From positions 1,312,001-1,376,000 of the forward strand of contig CAVQBA010000004.1 of NCBI GenBank assembly GCA_963710605.1: 64,000 nucleotides of DNA. Direction: 5' to 3'. The notes beneath the pieces are model-generated. The model was given only the letters and a program-made list of their open reading frames with translations. It was not told the DNA's origin and ran no database searches. Below, in pieces: positions 20,593 to 29,740 of the stretch; positions within the stretch are counted from its first letter, which is position 1; each line of letters opens with the position of its first letter. The position numbers and the translations under genes are program-made. Source of the stretch: an uncultured cyanobacterium. GTDB lineage: Bacteria; Cyanobacteriota; Cyanobacteriia; Cyanobacteriales; Cyanobacteriaceae.

Positions 20593-21087
20593 GATCCGAT
20601 CGCTGAAGGTTACGATTTAGTGATTAGAATTGGTTTACCTACACCCTCACCTAATTTAGTGATTCATCCACTAACAAAAATTCCTCGTGTAATTTGTGCT
20701 TCTCCTATTTATCTACAAACTTATGGAATACCCAAAAATATTCAAGAGTTAAAAAACCATGCTTGTTTAAATTATGGCTATTTAACTACAGGTTGTCAGT
20801 GGCAATTTATCAATTCAGATGAAGAAGAAGAAACCGTAAGAATTGAAAGTTTTTTTTGTTCTAATAATGGTGAAATTCTCAAAGATATTGCAGTTAAAGG
20901 TTTAGGGATTGCTTTGTTACCTACTTTTATAGTCGATCGAGAATTAAAGGAAGGACGATTGCAAGTTATTTTGCCTCAATATCGCTCTCTAGAATTAAAT
21001 CTCAGTATTATTTATCCCCTCCACAGACATCTTTCTACTAAAATTCAATTACTCAAGCAATTTTTACAACAATGTTTGAGTAATTGA
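20592..21087 (+). pseudogene. 5'-truncated duplicate of lysR (substrate-binding half only, no HTH)
   Basis: colinear with lysR from 17008 (DPIAEGYDLVIRIG...YPLHRHLSTKI); frame still open. Confidence 0.85.
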
Positions 21088-21101
21088 AAACGATCGTTTA
21101 G

Positions 21102-21236
21102 TAAGTAGCTCCACTTAATTAAACGTAAAATAGACTTATGTTAGTAGTTAGGGCTTTAGCCCTTGTGTTAATAGCGTTTTGAACCGCCATTAAGGGGTAA
21201 CTACTAAATGCGTGTTTATTTAGTTTGAGCTACTTA
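21102..21236. mobile_element. MITE-like element with ~23-bp imperfect terminal inverted repeats
   Basis: TAAGTAGCTCCACTTAATTAAAC ... GTTTATTTAGTTTGAGCTACTTA; internal AGGGCTTTAGCCCT hairpin; absent at the equivalent position in duplicate copy 1. Confidence 0.75.
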
Positions 21237-21256
21237 TGATATGAGAGAATAGTATG

Positions 21257-22315
21257 CTATTTGCCGATAGTAATCACCCGGCGAATCTCTTCGTTACGAA
21301 AACCAATCGCCATTGGTGTTAACTTATTTGGTAAAACTACTACATCAAATAGTTCGATGACGCATCCTTCTATATTAAGACTATGAACTATATCCCCTGT
21401 CGTTAAATTAATAATCAAAATCCCACAACGAGGACTAATTTTTTCTTTCTCCAAACGATCGTTGAAAGCCAAACTAGAAAAACTTTTATTCTCTCTAGAT
21501 TTTGATAAACCAACGATCGCAAAATTATCATAAAAAGCCATCCCTCTTAGATAACCAGGACAAAAAGTAACGGGAATAAATTCGCCACGATCGAAATCTA
21601 CATAACCAAATTCACCCTTCCCTGAATTATGTACCCATAACTTTCCTTGATAAAAACGAGGAGAATGAGGCATCGATAAACCCGTTGTTATAATTTCATT
21701 TGTCTGCATATCGATAACACAACCACCATCATTTCGATGCTCCCGCCAGCCATCAAGTATATTACTCTGACTTACCGCAGTTACATAACGAGGTTGCCCA
21801 TCTCTAAGTGCTAAACCGTTTAAATGACAGCGATCTTCTGCCGCTAGTTTATCAATAAATGGCGGTTTCCATAAAGGAGTAAAACTATGGGTAGTAGAGA
21901 CTGTGGCGACACAATTGAATAGAGTATTGACAAATACTATTTTTCCATCTTCTAATACTACCAAATCGTGAATATCCAAATCTCCTGTCACATAACTCAT
22001 TTGAGGAACGAAATAACTATCATAACCTCGATAATTTTCTCCTGCTGATAAAGTATTTTCAAATCGCCACAACTGATATAAAGTACTAACGTAAATACTA
22101 TTTTGGTTAGCAAACATACCCATACAACGATCGAGAGTACGTTCAAATACAGATAATTTACCCTCGGTTGTTAAACCTACAAAAAAGATTTTACCTGCTT
22201 GATAAGTAGTAAAAGCAAGAGATAACTTTTGTTCGTATAGCCATGAAGTGAATTGCCGAGAAGCGTCAATTTCTAAAAACTTTTGGTCGGATTTTTGAGT
22301 TTGGGGATTAGTCAT
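21257..22315 (-). CDS. TIGR03032 family protein (DUF4915)
   Basis: LAFTTYQAGK, TGDLDIHD, FVNTLFNC, EDRCHLNGLA, GLSMPHSPR, CPGYLRG, ELFDV. Confidence 0.9.
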   Translation of the reverse strand: MTNPQTQKSDQKFLEIDASRQFTSWLYEQKLSLAFTTYQAGKIFFVGLTTEGKLSVFERTLDRCMGMFANQNSIYVSTLYQLWRFENTLSAGENYRGYDSYFVPQMSYVTGDLDIHDLVVLEDGKIVFVNTLFNCVATVSTTHSFTPLWKPPFIDKLAAEDRCHLNGLALRDGQPRYVTAVSQSNILDGWREHRNDGGCVIDMQTNEIITTGLSMPHSPRFYQGKLWVHNSGKGEFGYVDFDRGEFIPVTFCPGYLRGMAFYDNFAIVGLSKSRENKSFSSLAFNDRLEKEKISPRCGILIINLTTGDIVHSLNIEGCVIELFDVVVLPNKLTPMAIGFRNEEIRRVITIGK

Positions 22316-22630
22316 TTTAATAATTTACCAAAAAAATTAGCACAACGCTCTCACGATAATTTTAATTTAAAGGCAATCGCACTTCAAGCATTTAGTTTAT
22401 TTATTCTTATTCAACAGTATCTTCTGGCGAGCGAATAAACTCAAAATAAAATAGTTTTGAAGGCGAGCGAAAAATTATCTCAGTAAGATTATTAACAACT
22501 GTGAAAATTGGTAATTATTCGATCGAATTTTCCTTTTCTTAGGAAGCTTTAAGTATTGTATGAATTATATATCATTGTATCAATTACGTATTATTATCTA
22601 CTTAGTCAAAAAAACTAAAGTGAATCTGTG

Positions 22631-24718
22631 ATGAGCAATCCTATTTTTGAACTAAGCAGTCTGAACGGAAATGATGGTTTTGTGATTAATGGTATCGATG
22701 AAAACGATTTTTCAGGAATTTCTGTCAGTAGTGCAGGAGATGTCAATGGCGATGGCATTGATGACCTGATTATTGGTGCCAAAGGAGGCCGTCCCAACGG
22801 TGAATATTCAGGAGAAAGTTATGTCGTCTTCGGTAGCACGAGTGGTTTCTCTTCATCCTTGGAGTTATCTTCACTTAATGGTAGTAATGGTTTTGTGATC
22901 AATGGTATCAATGAAGACGATCGCTCGGGAAGTTCTGTCAGTAATGCGGGGGATGTTAATGGCGATGGTATTGATGACCTAATTATTGGTGCGAGAGGAG
23001 GCGATCCCAATGGTCGTAATGGTGCGGGAGAAAGTTACGTCGTCTTTGGTAGCACAAGTAGTTTTTCTTCATCCTTAGAGTTATCTTCACTTAATGGAAG
23101 TAATGGTTTTGCCATTAATGGTATCGATGAATTCGATCGCTCGGGAAGTTCTGTTAGTAGTGCGGGGGATGTCAATGGCGATGGCATTGATGACGTTATT
23201 GTCGGTGGGAGAGGAGGCGATACTAATGGTATATTTTCAGGAGAAAGTTACGTCGTCTTTGGTAGCACGAATGGTTTCTCTTCATCCTTAGAGTTATCTT
23301 CACTTAATGGAAGTAATGGTTTTGTGATTAATGGTATCGATGAAGGTAATTTTTCGGGAAGTTTGGTCAGTGGTGCGGGGGATGTTAATGGTGATGGCAT
23401 TGATGACCTGATTATTGGTGCATATAGGGCAGATCCTAATAGTCGTTATGCGGCGGGAGAAAGTTATGTAGTCTTTGGTAGCACAAGTAGTTTCTCTTCA
23501 TCTTTGGAGTTATCTTCACTTAATGGAAGTAATGGTTTTGTGATTAATGGTATCGATGAAAGTGATTTTTCGGGTCGTTCGGTCAGTAGTGCGGGAGATG
23601 TCAATGGTGATGGTATTGATGACCTGATTATTAGTGCCACAGGAGGCGATCCCAATGGTCGTGATAGTGCGGGAGAAAGTTATGTGATCTTTGGTAGCAT
23701 GAGTGGTTTCTCTTCATCCTTGGAGTTATCTTCACTCAATGGAAGTAATGGTTTTGTAATTAATGGTATCAATCAATTCGATCGAACGGGAGGTTCTGTT
23801 AGTAGTGCGGGGGATGTCAATGGCGATGGCTTTGATGATCTAATTATTAGTGCATATACGGCAGATCCCAATGGTCGTAGTGGTGCGGGAGAAAGTTACG
23901 TAGTTTTTGGTAGCACGAGTGGTTTCTCTTCATCCTTGGAGTTATCTTCACTTAATAGAAGTAATGGTTTTGTGATTAATGGGATCGATGAAGGTGATTT
24001 TTCAGGTCGTTCGGTCAGTAGTGCGGGGGATGTCAATAAAGACGGTTTTGACGATCTAATTATTGGTGCAATTCATGCCGATCCCAATGGTCGTAATAAG
24101 GCGGGAGAAAGTTATGTCGTCTTTGGTTCTGCTGGTAATCCCGCTCCTTTAACCTTAAAAAGAGGAACTGCTCAAATTGCCTATGTTGCCTATTATGGCA
24201 GACCTGCCGATAACAGCGGACAAGGCTTTTGGAATCAAGTTCTTACCGATAATAACATCAGCTATTCTCCTCGTAATGGCGATTTGTTAACTGGAAATGA
24301 AGAACCCGTTTACAACCAATTCGTCAACGATTTTGGTAATAGCGATGAAGCTAACCGTATTTTTGGCGGGTTAAGTAACCGCGATCAAGTCAATACGGTT
24401 TATAATTTTGCCTTCGATCGAGATGGAGAAGTTGGAGGTTTGGATTTTTGGACGACTCAGCTAGATTTAGGTAATGTGAATTTAACTACTTTTGCGATGG
24501 AAGTAGCATTGGGTGCACAAAATGAAGATATTGTTACTTTAAATAACAAAATTACCAGTGCCGATTTATTTAGTAGTTCGATCGATACCCCCGCAGAAAC
24601 TCAAGCTTATACGGGAAATACGGGAGAAGTATTTGGACGAGATTGGTTAGCAGGATTTGGGACAAATGTAGCCAATCAAATGCAGGTGGATACTGCTTTA
24701 ACCGATTTGGTGGGGTAA
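22631..24718 (+). CDS. FG-GAP/integrin-alpha repeat protein (7 repeats) with C-terminal DUF4214/S-layer-like domain, paralogue 2
   Basis: seven AGDVN.DG.DD repeats; C-terminal domain closely similar to that of 18048..20123. Confidence 0.9.
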   Translation: MSNPIFELSSLNGNDGFVINGIDENDFSGISVSSAGDVNGDGIDDLIIGAKGGRPNGEYSGESYVVFGSTSGFSSSLELSSLNGSNGFVINGINEDDRSGSSVSNAGDVNGDGIDDLIIGARGGDPNGRNGAGESYVVFGSTSSFSSSLELSSLNGSNGFAINGIDEFDRSGSSVSSAGDVNGDGIDDVIVGGRGGDTNGIFSGESYVVFGSTNGFSSSLELSSLNGSNGFVINGIDEGNFSGSLVSGAGDVNGDGIDDLIIGAYRADPNSRYAAGESYVVFGSTSSFSSSLELSSLNGSNGFVINGIDESDFSGRSVSSAGDVNGDGIDDLIISATGGDPNGRDSAGESYVIFGSMSGFSSSLELSSLNGSNGFVINGINQFDRTGGSVSSAGDVNGDGFDDLIISAYTADPNGRSGAGESYVVFGSTSGFSSSLELSSLNRSNGFVINGIDEGDFSGRSVSSAGDVNKDGFDDLIIGAIHADPNGRNKAGESYVVFGSAGNPAPLTLKRGTAQIAYVAYYGRPADNSGQGFWNQVLTDNNISYSPRNGDLLTGNEEPVYNQFVNDFGNSDEANRIFGGLSNRDQVNTVYNFAFDRDGEVGGLDFWTTQLDLGNVNLTTFAMEVALGAQNEDIVTLNNKITSADLFSSSIDTPAETQAYTGNTGEVFGRDWLAGFGTNVANQMQVDTALTDLVG

Positions 24719-24902
24719 ATAGAGACGTAGCTAGCAATATTTTTATTAAATTATATCGCTAGATATACAACTTATCGACCCCTCTACATCTCCCATTCAA
24801 GGGAAGACTTAGGACAGTTTTATCTAAGCAAAACTATTAGTAAGATTGAATCGAAATGGTATGACCGAGTAAAGATGTCAAGAAGCAACAACTACTTAGT
24901 TA

Positions 24903-26408
24903 TTAACTTTCAGCGATCGATCGTTGTTTTTCCTTAATCCGAGCTTGTTTAGCTTCTTTACCAAAAAGGACAAAACCAAAAATTAACCAAAAAGCTAATA
25001 AAACAGAGGTGACGATTAACATCGTTACTGAACCAAAATTAACAATCAAAATAGGTGCAGCGGCTGTAAATAAACCACCACCGACGATCGGTTCAAAAAA
25101 TAATTGTTTATAAGCAAAACTTTCAAATGCTTGTGACTTGTTATGAGGATCAACCATTCTTAGTAATAAAATACCAGTTGCTGTCACTCCCATTGATTGC
25201 CCCATATCACCAATACCCCTTTCAAACCAAAATTGAGGAATCAAACGAGGAGCAAGAAAGACGAATGCAAATATATTCCAAGCAATACCAACGACACTTA
25301 GAATCACGAATACGCCTAAATTACCACCTAATACTTGAAGCGAAATAGAAGCCAAAGCAGAGACAATCACTACATCAAGAGCCAAACCTGCTAAATTATC
25401 CATTAACGATCGTCTAATTAATAACTGTAAATTTAATTTACGTAAACCTAACTGAACTATAATTCCACCCAACAAAGTCATTGGAAACAAAGGTACATAA
25501 TCAACTATTTCTAAACCAGTTAATCCCCAAGTGAAAGACTCGATAATTTGTAATAGGTGTAAAATTAACCAACCAATTACTACAGCTAAACCAATAAAAC
25601 CAAAATTAAGCGAAAGAGGATCGATTAATAAGTTTTTAGTCAACTCTTTTCTTCTAGAGCGAATAAACTCTTCTCTTTCTTCCTTTTCTTTTTCTTCTTC
25701 ATCTCGTCTTTGTAAAACTTCCTTAGGAACTATTCCTTCATATTCATCAAGTTCAGGATAGTTTATTTTAGCACTTTCAATATACTCTTTTCTTCTACCC
25801 CAATTAACTAAAAATGTTCCTACTACTATCCCTGAAATAATCCCTACAGTAGCTAATCCTACCGCCAAATCTCCTCCCTCGGCAAAACCTAACTTAGCAA
25901 AAGTATCTTGCATACCTGCGGCTGTACCATGCCCTCCTTCAAAAGCAATCTCGATTAAAGCCCCAACTGTCGGATCGACATTAAATACAGGTACTAAAAT
26001 TAGTAAAGTAACGAGTAATCCTAATACGTATTGTCCCCAAGCGATACTTTGTCCAAAAACAACTTGTGGAGCGGCTTTTTGCCAAATACTTTTCAAGTTA
26101 GGTATCGATTCACCTAAAAATAAGGCGGCAAAGACGATATTAATAAATACTGAGGGTGCTTGTTGCCAAACTGTTCTGATTTCAGGGGAAAATAATCCTC
26201 CAGCAATAATTGTATTTTCTCCTAAAATGTTAGATGCGATCGTGCCTAAAACTTCAGGACCTAAAATTAACGCTAAAAAACCTGCAATTACAGATTCTGG
26301 TAAATATAGTTTTTGTAACCAAGTTGATTTTTGTTGAATAACACGCCCAATTAATATCAGTAAGCCGATTATAACTAGAGCAAAAAATACGTCTTTTAAA
26401 TTAAACAC
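24903..26408 (-). CDS. gltS: sodium/glutamate symporter
   Basis: LYLPESVIAG, FEGGHGTAAG, GQSMGVTATG.LLLRMVDP; many TM helices. Confidence 0.85.
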   Translation of the reverse strand: MFNLKDVFFALVIIGLLILIGRVIQQKSTWLQKLYLPESVIAGFLALILGPEVLGTIASNILGENTIIAGGLFSPEIRTVWQQAPSVFINIVFAALFLGESIPNLKSIWQKAAPQVVFGQSIAWGQYVLGLLVTLLILVPVFNVDPTVGALIEIAFEGGHGTAAGMQDTFAKLGFAEGGDLAVGLATVGIISGIVVGTFLVNWGRRKEYIESAKINYPELDEYEGIVPKEVLQRRDEEEKEKEEREEFIRSRRKELTKNLLIDPLSLNFGFIGLAVVIGWLILHLLQIIESFTWGLTGLEIVDYVPLFPMTLLGGIIVQLGLRKLNLQLLIRRSLMDNLAGLALDVVIVSALASISLQVLGGNLGVFVILSVVGIAWNIFAFVFLAPRLIPQFWFERGIGDMGQSMGVTATGILLLRMVDPHNKSQAFESFAYKQLFFEPIVGGGLFTAAAPILIVNFGSVTMLIVTSVLLAFWLIFGFVLFGKEAKQARIKEKQRSIAES

Positions 26409-26421
26409 GATAAGTTTTTTT

Positions 26422-26526
26422 GAGTAAGGAGTAATAAGTAAGAAGTAATGAGTAAGAAATAATGAGTAAAGAGTTTTAATTGTTCATTGTTCATTGTTAA
26501 CTGTTCATTGTTAACTGTTCATTGTT
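26422..26526. repeat. STRR arrays (GAGTAAK and ATTGTTC-type heptamers)
   Basis: tandem 7-mers between divergent gltS and parA. Confidence 0.85.
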
Positions 26527-26594
26527 TAGTATAATTCCTGATAGTTTATGCTCATCATAGATTATGTTTTTAATCAAATAAATTTTAAAAAAAT

Positions 26595-27206
26595 ATGTTA
26601 ATAGCACTTATTTCTCTCAAAGGTGGAGTTGGCAAAACTACTACTGCAATACATTTAGCTACTTATTTACAAAGTAAAAAACCAACATTGTTAATTGATG
26701 CCGATCGTAATCGTTCTGCTTTAGTTTGGTCAACCAACGATAATTTACCTTTTACTGTAGCATCTCAAGCGGGTTCTACAGCTTTTATTGCTCAACACGA
26801 ATACATCATCACAGACATGAAAGCAGGACCAGAAGAAGCCGATTTAGTTGATTTAGCTAGAGCTCATGATTTAGTTATTCTACCTACAACTCCTAATCAT
26901 CTTGATTTGAATTCCACAGTCAGAACGGCAGAAATATTTGCTAAACACAATATTACTAATTATAAAGTTCTCTTGACAAAAGTTGACCCTCGTACTACCA
27001 GTAGCAAAATGGCTAAGTTATTTTTAGAGGATCAAGAGTTACCAATATTTAAAGCCCAAATACCTTTATTAGTTGCTTTTGAAAGAGCATCCCAACATGG
27101 GAAAACAGTTAAAGATTATAGTAACGATCGAGCTAAAAAGGCATGGAAAAAATATCAAGAAGTAGGTAAAGAAGTTCTCAAATATTATCAAGAAAATAAA
27201 GTTTAA
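26595..27206 (+). CDS. short ParA family ATPase
   Basis: deviant Walker A KGGVGKTT, LLIDAD; no N-terminal HTH and no adjacent parB. Confidence 0.9.
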   Translation: MLIALISLKGGVGKTTTAIHLATYLQSKKPTLLIDADRNRSALVWSTNDNLPFTVASQAGSTAFIAQHEYIITDMKAGPEEADLVDLARAHDLVILPTTPNHLDLNSTVRTAEIFAKHNITNYKVLLTKVDPRTTSSKMAKLFLEDQELPIFKAQIPLLVAFERASQHGKTVKDYSNDRAKKAWKKYQEVGKEVLKYYQENKV

Positions 27207-27219
27207 TCTAGTTAATAAA

Positions 27220-27244
27220 GACGTTACGCGCGTAACGTCCCTAC
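27220..27244 (-). repeat. GTAG-type REP-like perfect palindrome
   Basis: GACGTTACGCGCGTAACGTC (20-bp palindrome) followed by CCTAC, between convergent genes. Confidence 0.7.
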
Positions 27245-27256
27245 ATACTTTATAGT

Positions 27257-27631
27257 TTAATCGATCAAATCATCTTTAGTCAGTAAAACTTTAACTTTAT
27301 CTACTCCGCCCCAAATATCGTCATAGGAAATTTTGAGTAAAGAAAGGATACCAATTAAAATTAAAATATTACCAAAAATAAAATTACGATCGTATAAATA
27401 TAAACCAACAATCACAATAAAATAAGGAGATAAAATACTACTAATTTTTTCGACCAATTTAACTGTTGGAGATTCTTCTTGTTCAATTTCTAGCTCAATT
27501 TCTGACCTTAATTCATCAGTTAGTATTTCGTTAGTAGTAACCCGATTAATTTCGTCAACATCGTTAATAATAAGCTCATCCACAAGCGGAGTTTTATCGA
27601 TTTTTGGTTCTTGATTTCCTCTGCTAAACAT
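27257..27631 (-). CDS. hypothetical membrane protein
   Basis: acidic N-terminus and two C-terminal hydrophobic segments. Confidence 0.7.
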   Translation of the reverse strand: MFSRGNQEPKIDKTPLVDELIINDVDEINRVTTNEILTDELRSEIELEIEQEESPTVKLVEKISSILSPYFIVIVGLYLYDRNFIFGNILILIGILSLLKISYDDIWGGVDKVKVLLTKDDLID

Positions 27632-27754
27632 ACTTTTATGATGCTCCTTTACGTTAGTTTATTCATTATATGTTGATAATTCCACAGGTAGTCATAAGGT
27701 TAATCAGATTTTTAGCTCAAATAATTAACTTGTTATGACAAAATCATTTCTCTC

Positions 27755-27821
27755 GTAGGTTGGGTTAAGCCTAGAACAATTTAAGCGATAAACGATACAT
27801 AAAAAAAAGCGAAACCCAACA
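27755..27821 (+). repeat. GTAG-type REP-like element
   Basis: GTAGGTTGGGTTAAGC ... GCGAAACCCAACA. Confidence 0.6.
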
Positions 27822-27828
27822 GAAATAC

Positions 27829-27921
27829 TATAGCAGAGAACGAGTTTGCTCTTGGCACTCAACCACCCCTAACCCCTCCTTGCTAAGGAGGGGAACTTGA
27901 TTTAACTTATTTACTGCTATA
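27829..27921. mobile_element. TATAGCAG...CTGCTATA MITE-like element enclosing a GC-rich dispersed-repeat hairpin
   Basis: 8-bp terminal inverted repeat; internal AACCACCCCTAACCCCTCCTTGCTAAGGAGGGGAA (27861..27895). Confidence 0.6.
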
Positions 27922-28020
27922 CGGTTCAAAGAATCATTACAAAATTAGCAATAACCTTTGTGATTCCTTAAACCGAAATTGTTTTATTCTGCTTATTGAA
28001 AGTAAAATTAAAATCAGTAT

Positions 28021-29523
28021 TTACCGAAGCCAAAAATCAGGTAATAAATTTTCAGTGAGAGTTTTGAGATTCTGATTAATTGTACGAGCAAGTTGAATAT
28101 GAGGTTCATCTTTTTCTACGGGTACAATATAAGCGTTACTACCTTCATTTAAATGGTTAACTACCTGATTCGCCGCTTCTAAACCCGTGACATAAGCCTT
28201 TTCTTGCGACCATGAACCGTGATCGGTTACAATCCAATCACCACTCATAAACAAATTAGGTATATCGGTATTAACTCTGAGTAAGTTTTGGTAACTACCA
28301 GGGGCAAAATGAGTTACACCTTGAGATATTTTAATCACGCTACTGTCGATAATTTGAGCAGTACCAAATTCGCTAATACAAGTAGCCAAATCTTGATGTA
28401 CTTTTTTGATTATTTGTTCGTCAGTCATAGCTAATAGTTGATTGGCATGATAAAAATCAACTTCAACTACCGTACCAGCTTCGTCTTTGTATTTATCATG
28501 AAGGTTATTAAGATCGAAGAATGTCCAACCTGTCGTATCATCAAAACCAAAACAAGCATTTGAAGGTAAAGGTATATTAACACGTCGATCGAACCATAAT
28601 CTTACAGCTAAAACATCGATCGAATTTAGATTCATTAAATTACGGAATTGACGATATTTACTAAGGGTATTACTTTGACGCACAACTTTTTTCATCCCTG
28701 CAATACTAATCCCCGAAATTACCGCATCCGCTTCAAAACTTTCCTCTCCACAAATAACAGCCGTTGCTTCACCTTCATCATTAACAGCTATATCGGTAAC
28801 TTTTTTACCAATCAACACTTTTGCACCTAACTGTCTAATCTGTTGAATCCAAGGTTGAAAAATCATCTCTCCTACCGTGCCACGACACCAAACCACATCA
28901 AAATCGGGTTGATGAGCCAAAATAAAATAATATAACATCCCTAAAGCCGCCGCCGCACTACATTGTTCGCCTGGTGCAAATAAACCAACTAACAACATTG
29001 GCTCAAAAGATTCCTTGTATAATTTAGCGGATACACCGTACTCACGAAATAATTCTCTAGCACTAATTTTGTCGTATTTAAGCCATGCTTCGTGAGAATT
29101 ATCAAAATCTACTACCGCCGACATTAAAGGTAACGCTGAAAGTCGATCGAGTAACGGTAAACGGAAAAATTGAGGATAGACAAATGTACCTAATGGGCTA
29201 GGTAAACGAGGCTCATTTTGAAAGATAGGTGATTCGGTTTCTAAGCCATAAGGAGAGTATTGATTGGAGCGAGTAAAAGCAGTAAAAGGATTCAGTTTTA
29301 ATTCTCTAATCAAGCGAAATATATTTTGATAAGGATACCAAAAACCATGTATTCCTGCTTCCACACTACGCCCTTTTTCTGTTTGCCAACCCGCAACTAA
29401 TCCTCCTGCTTGAGGTGATGCTTCGAGTAAGGTGACATCATAACCTTGTTTGGCTAAATGATAAGTTGCACCTAAACCTGCCCATCCTGCACCGATAACT
29501 ACTACTTTCTTTTTTTCTGACAT
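28021..29523 (-). CDS. FAD-dependent oxidoreductase (carotene desaturase/amine oxidase family)
   Basis: VVVIGAGWAGL, LLEAS..AGG, EAGIHGFW, SGDW...SQEKA; start taken at MSEKKK. Confidence 0.85.
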   Translation of the reverse strand: MSEKKKVVVIGAGWAGLGATYHLAKQGYDVTLLEASPQAGGLVAGWQTEKGRSVEAGIHGFWYPYQNIFRLIRELKLNPFTAFTRSNQYSPYGLETESPIFQNEPRLPSPLGTFVYPQFFRLPLLDRLSALPLMSAVVDFDNSHEAWLKYDKISARELFREYGVSAKLYKESFEPMLLVGLFAPGEQCSAAAALGMLYYFILAHQPDFDVVWCRGTVGEMIFQPWIQQIRQLGAKVLIGKKVTDIAVNDEGEATAVICGEESFEADAVISGISIAGMKKVVRQSNTLSKYRQFRNLMNLNSIDVLAVRLWFDRRVNIPLPSNACFGFDDTTGWTFFDLNNLHDKYKDEAGTVVEVDFYHANQLLAMTDEQIIKKVHQDLATCISEFGTAQIIDSSVIKISQGVTHFAPGSYQNLLRVNTDIPNLFMSGDWIVTDHGSWSQEKAYVTGLEAANQVVNHLNEGSNAYIVPVEKDEPHIQLARTINQNLKTLTENLLPDFWLR

Positions 29524-29740
29524 AATAATTGCAGATGATTGTAAACAAATGTTAACTACCATTATGACAATTAATATGAGAAAGTATCCTACGAAGGTTT
29601 TAGAGTAACTAATTTAAAAATAGAATTATAATACTGTTATGAATAAAGGAGTAAGAGAATGGATATAAAGAGATCGAGATAGCTATGCTAATAAATAACA
29701 TTTATTTCTATTTTGATAATTAAAAACAGAGTAATTAAAT

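Noticed and set aside
18242-23655. Recurring 60-69 aa ORFs on alternative frames and strands within the FG-GAP genes
   Set aside because: Shadows of the repeated coding unit; they recur with its period
18048-24130. ~215-bp periodic DNA repeats as a CRISPR-like or RNA array
   Set aside because: In-frame protein repeats with synonymous variation; no repeat-spacer structure or cas genes
26595-27206. ParA as evidence of a plasmid or integrated element
   Set aside because: No parB, rep or integrase; flanked by chromosomal genes
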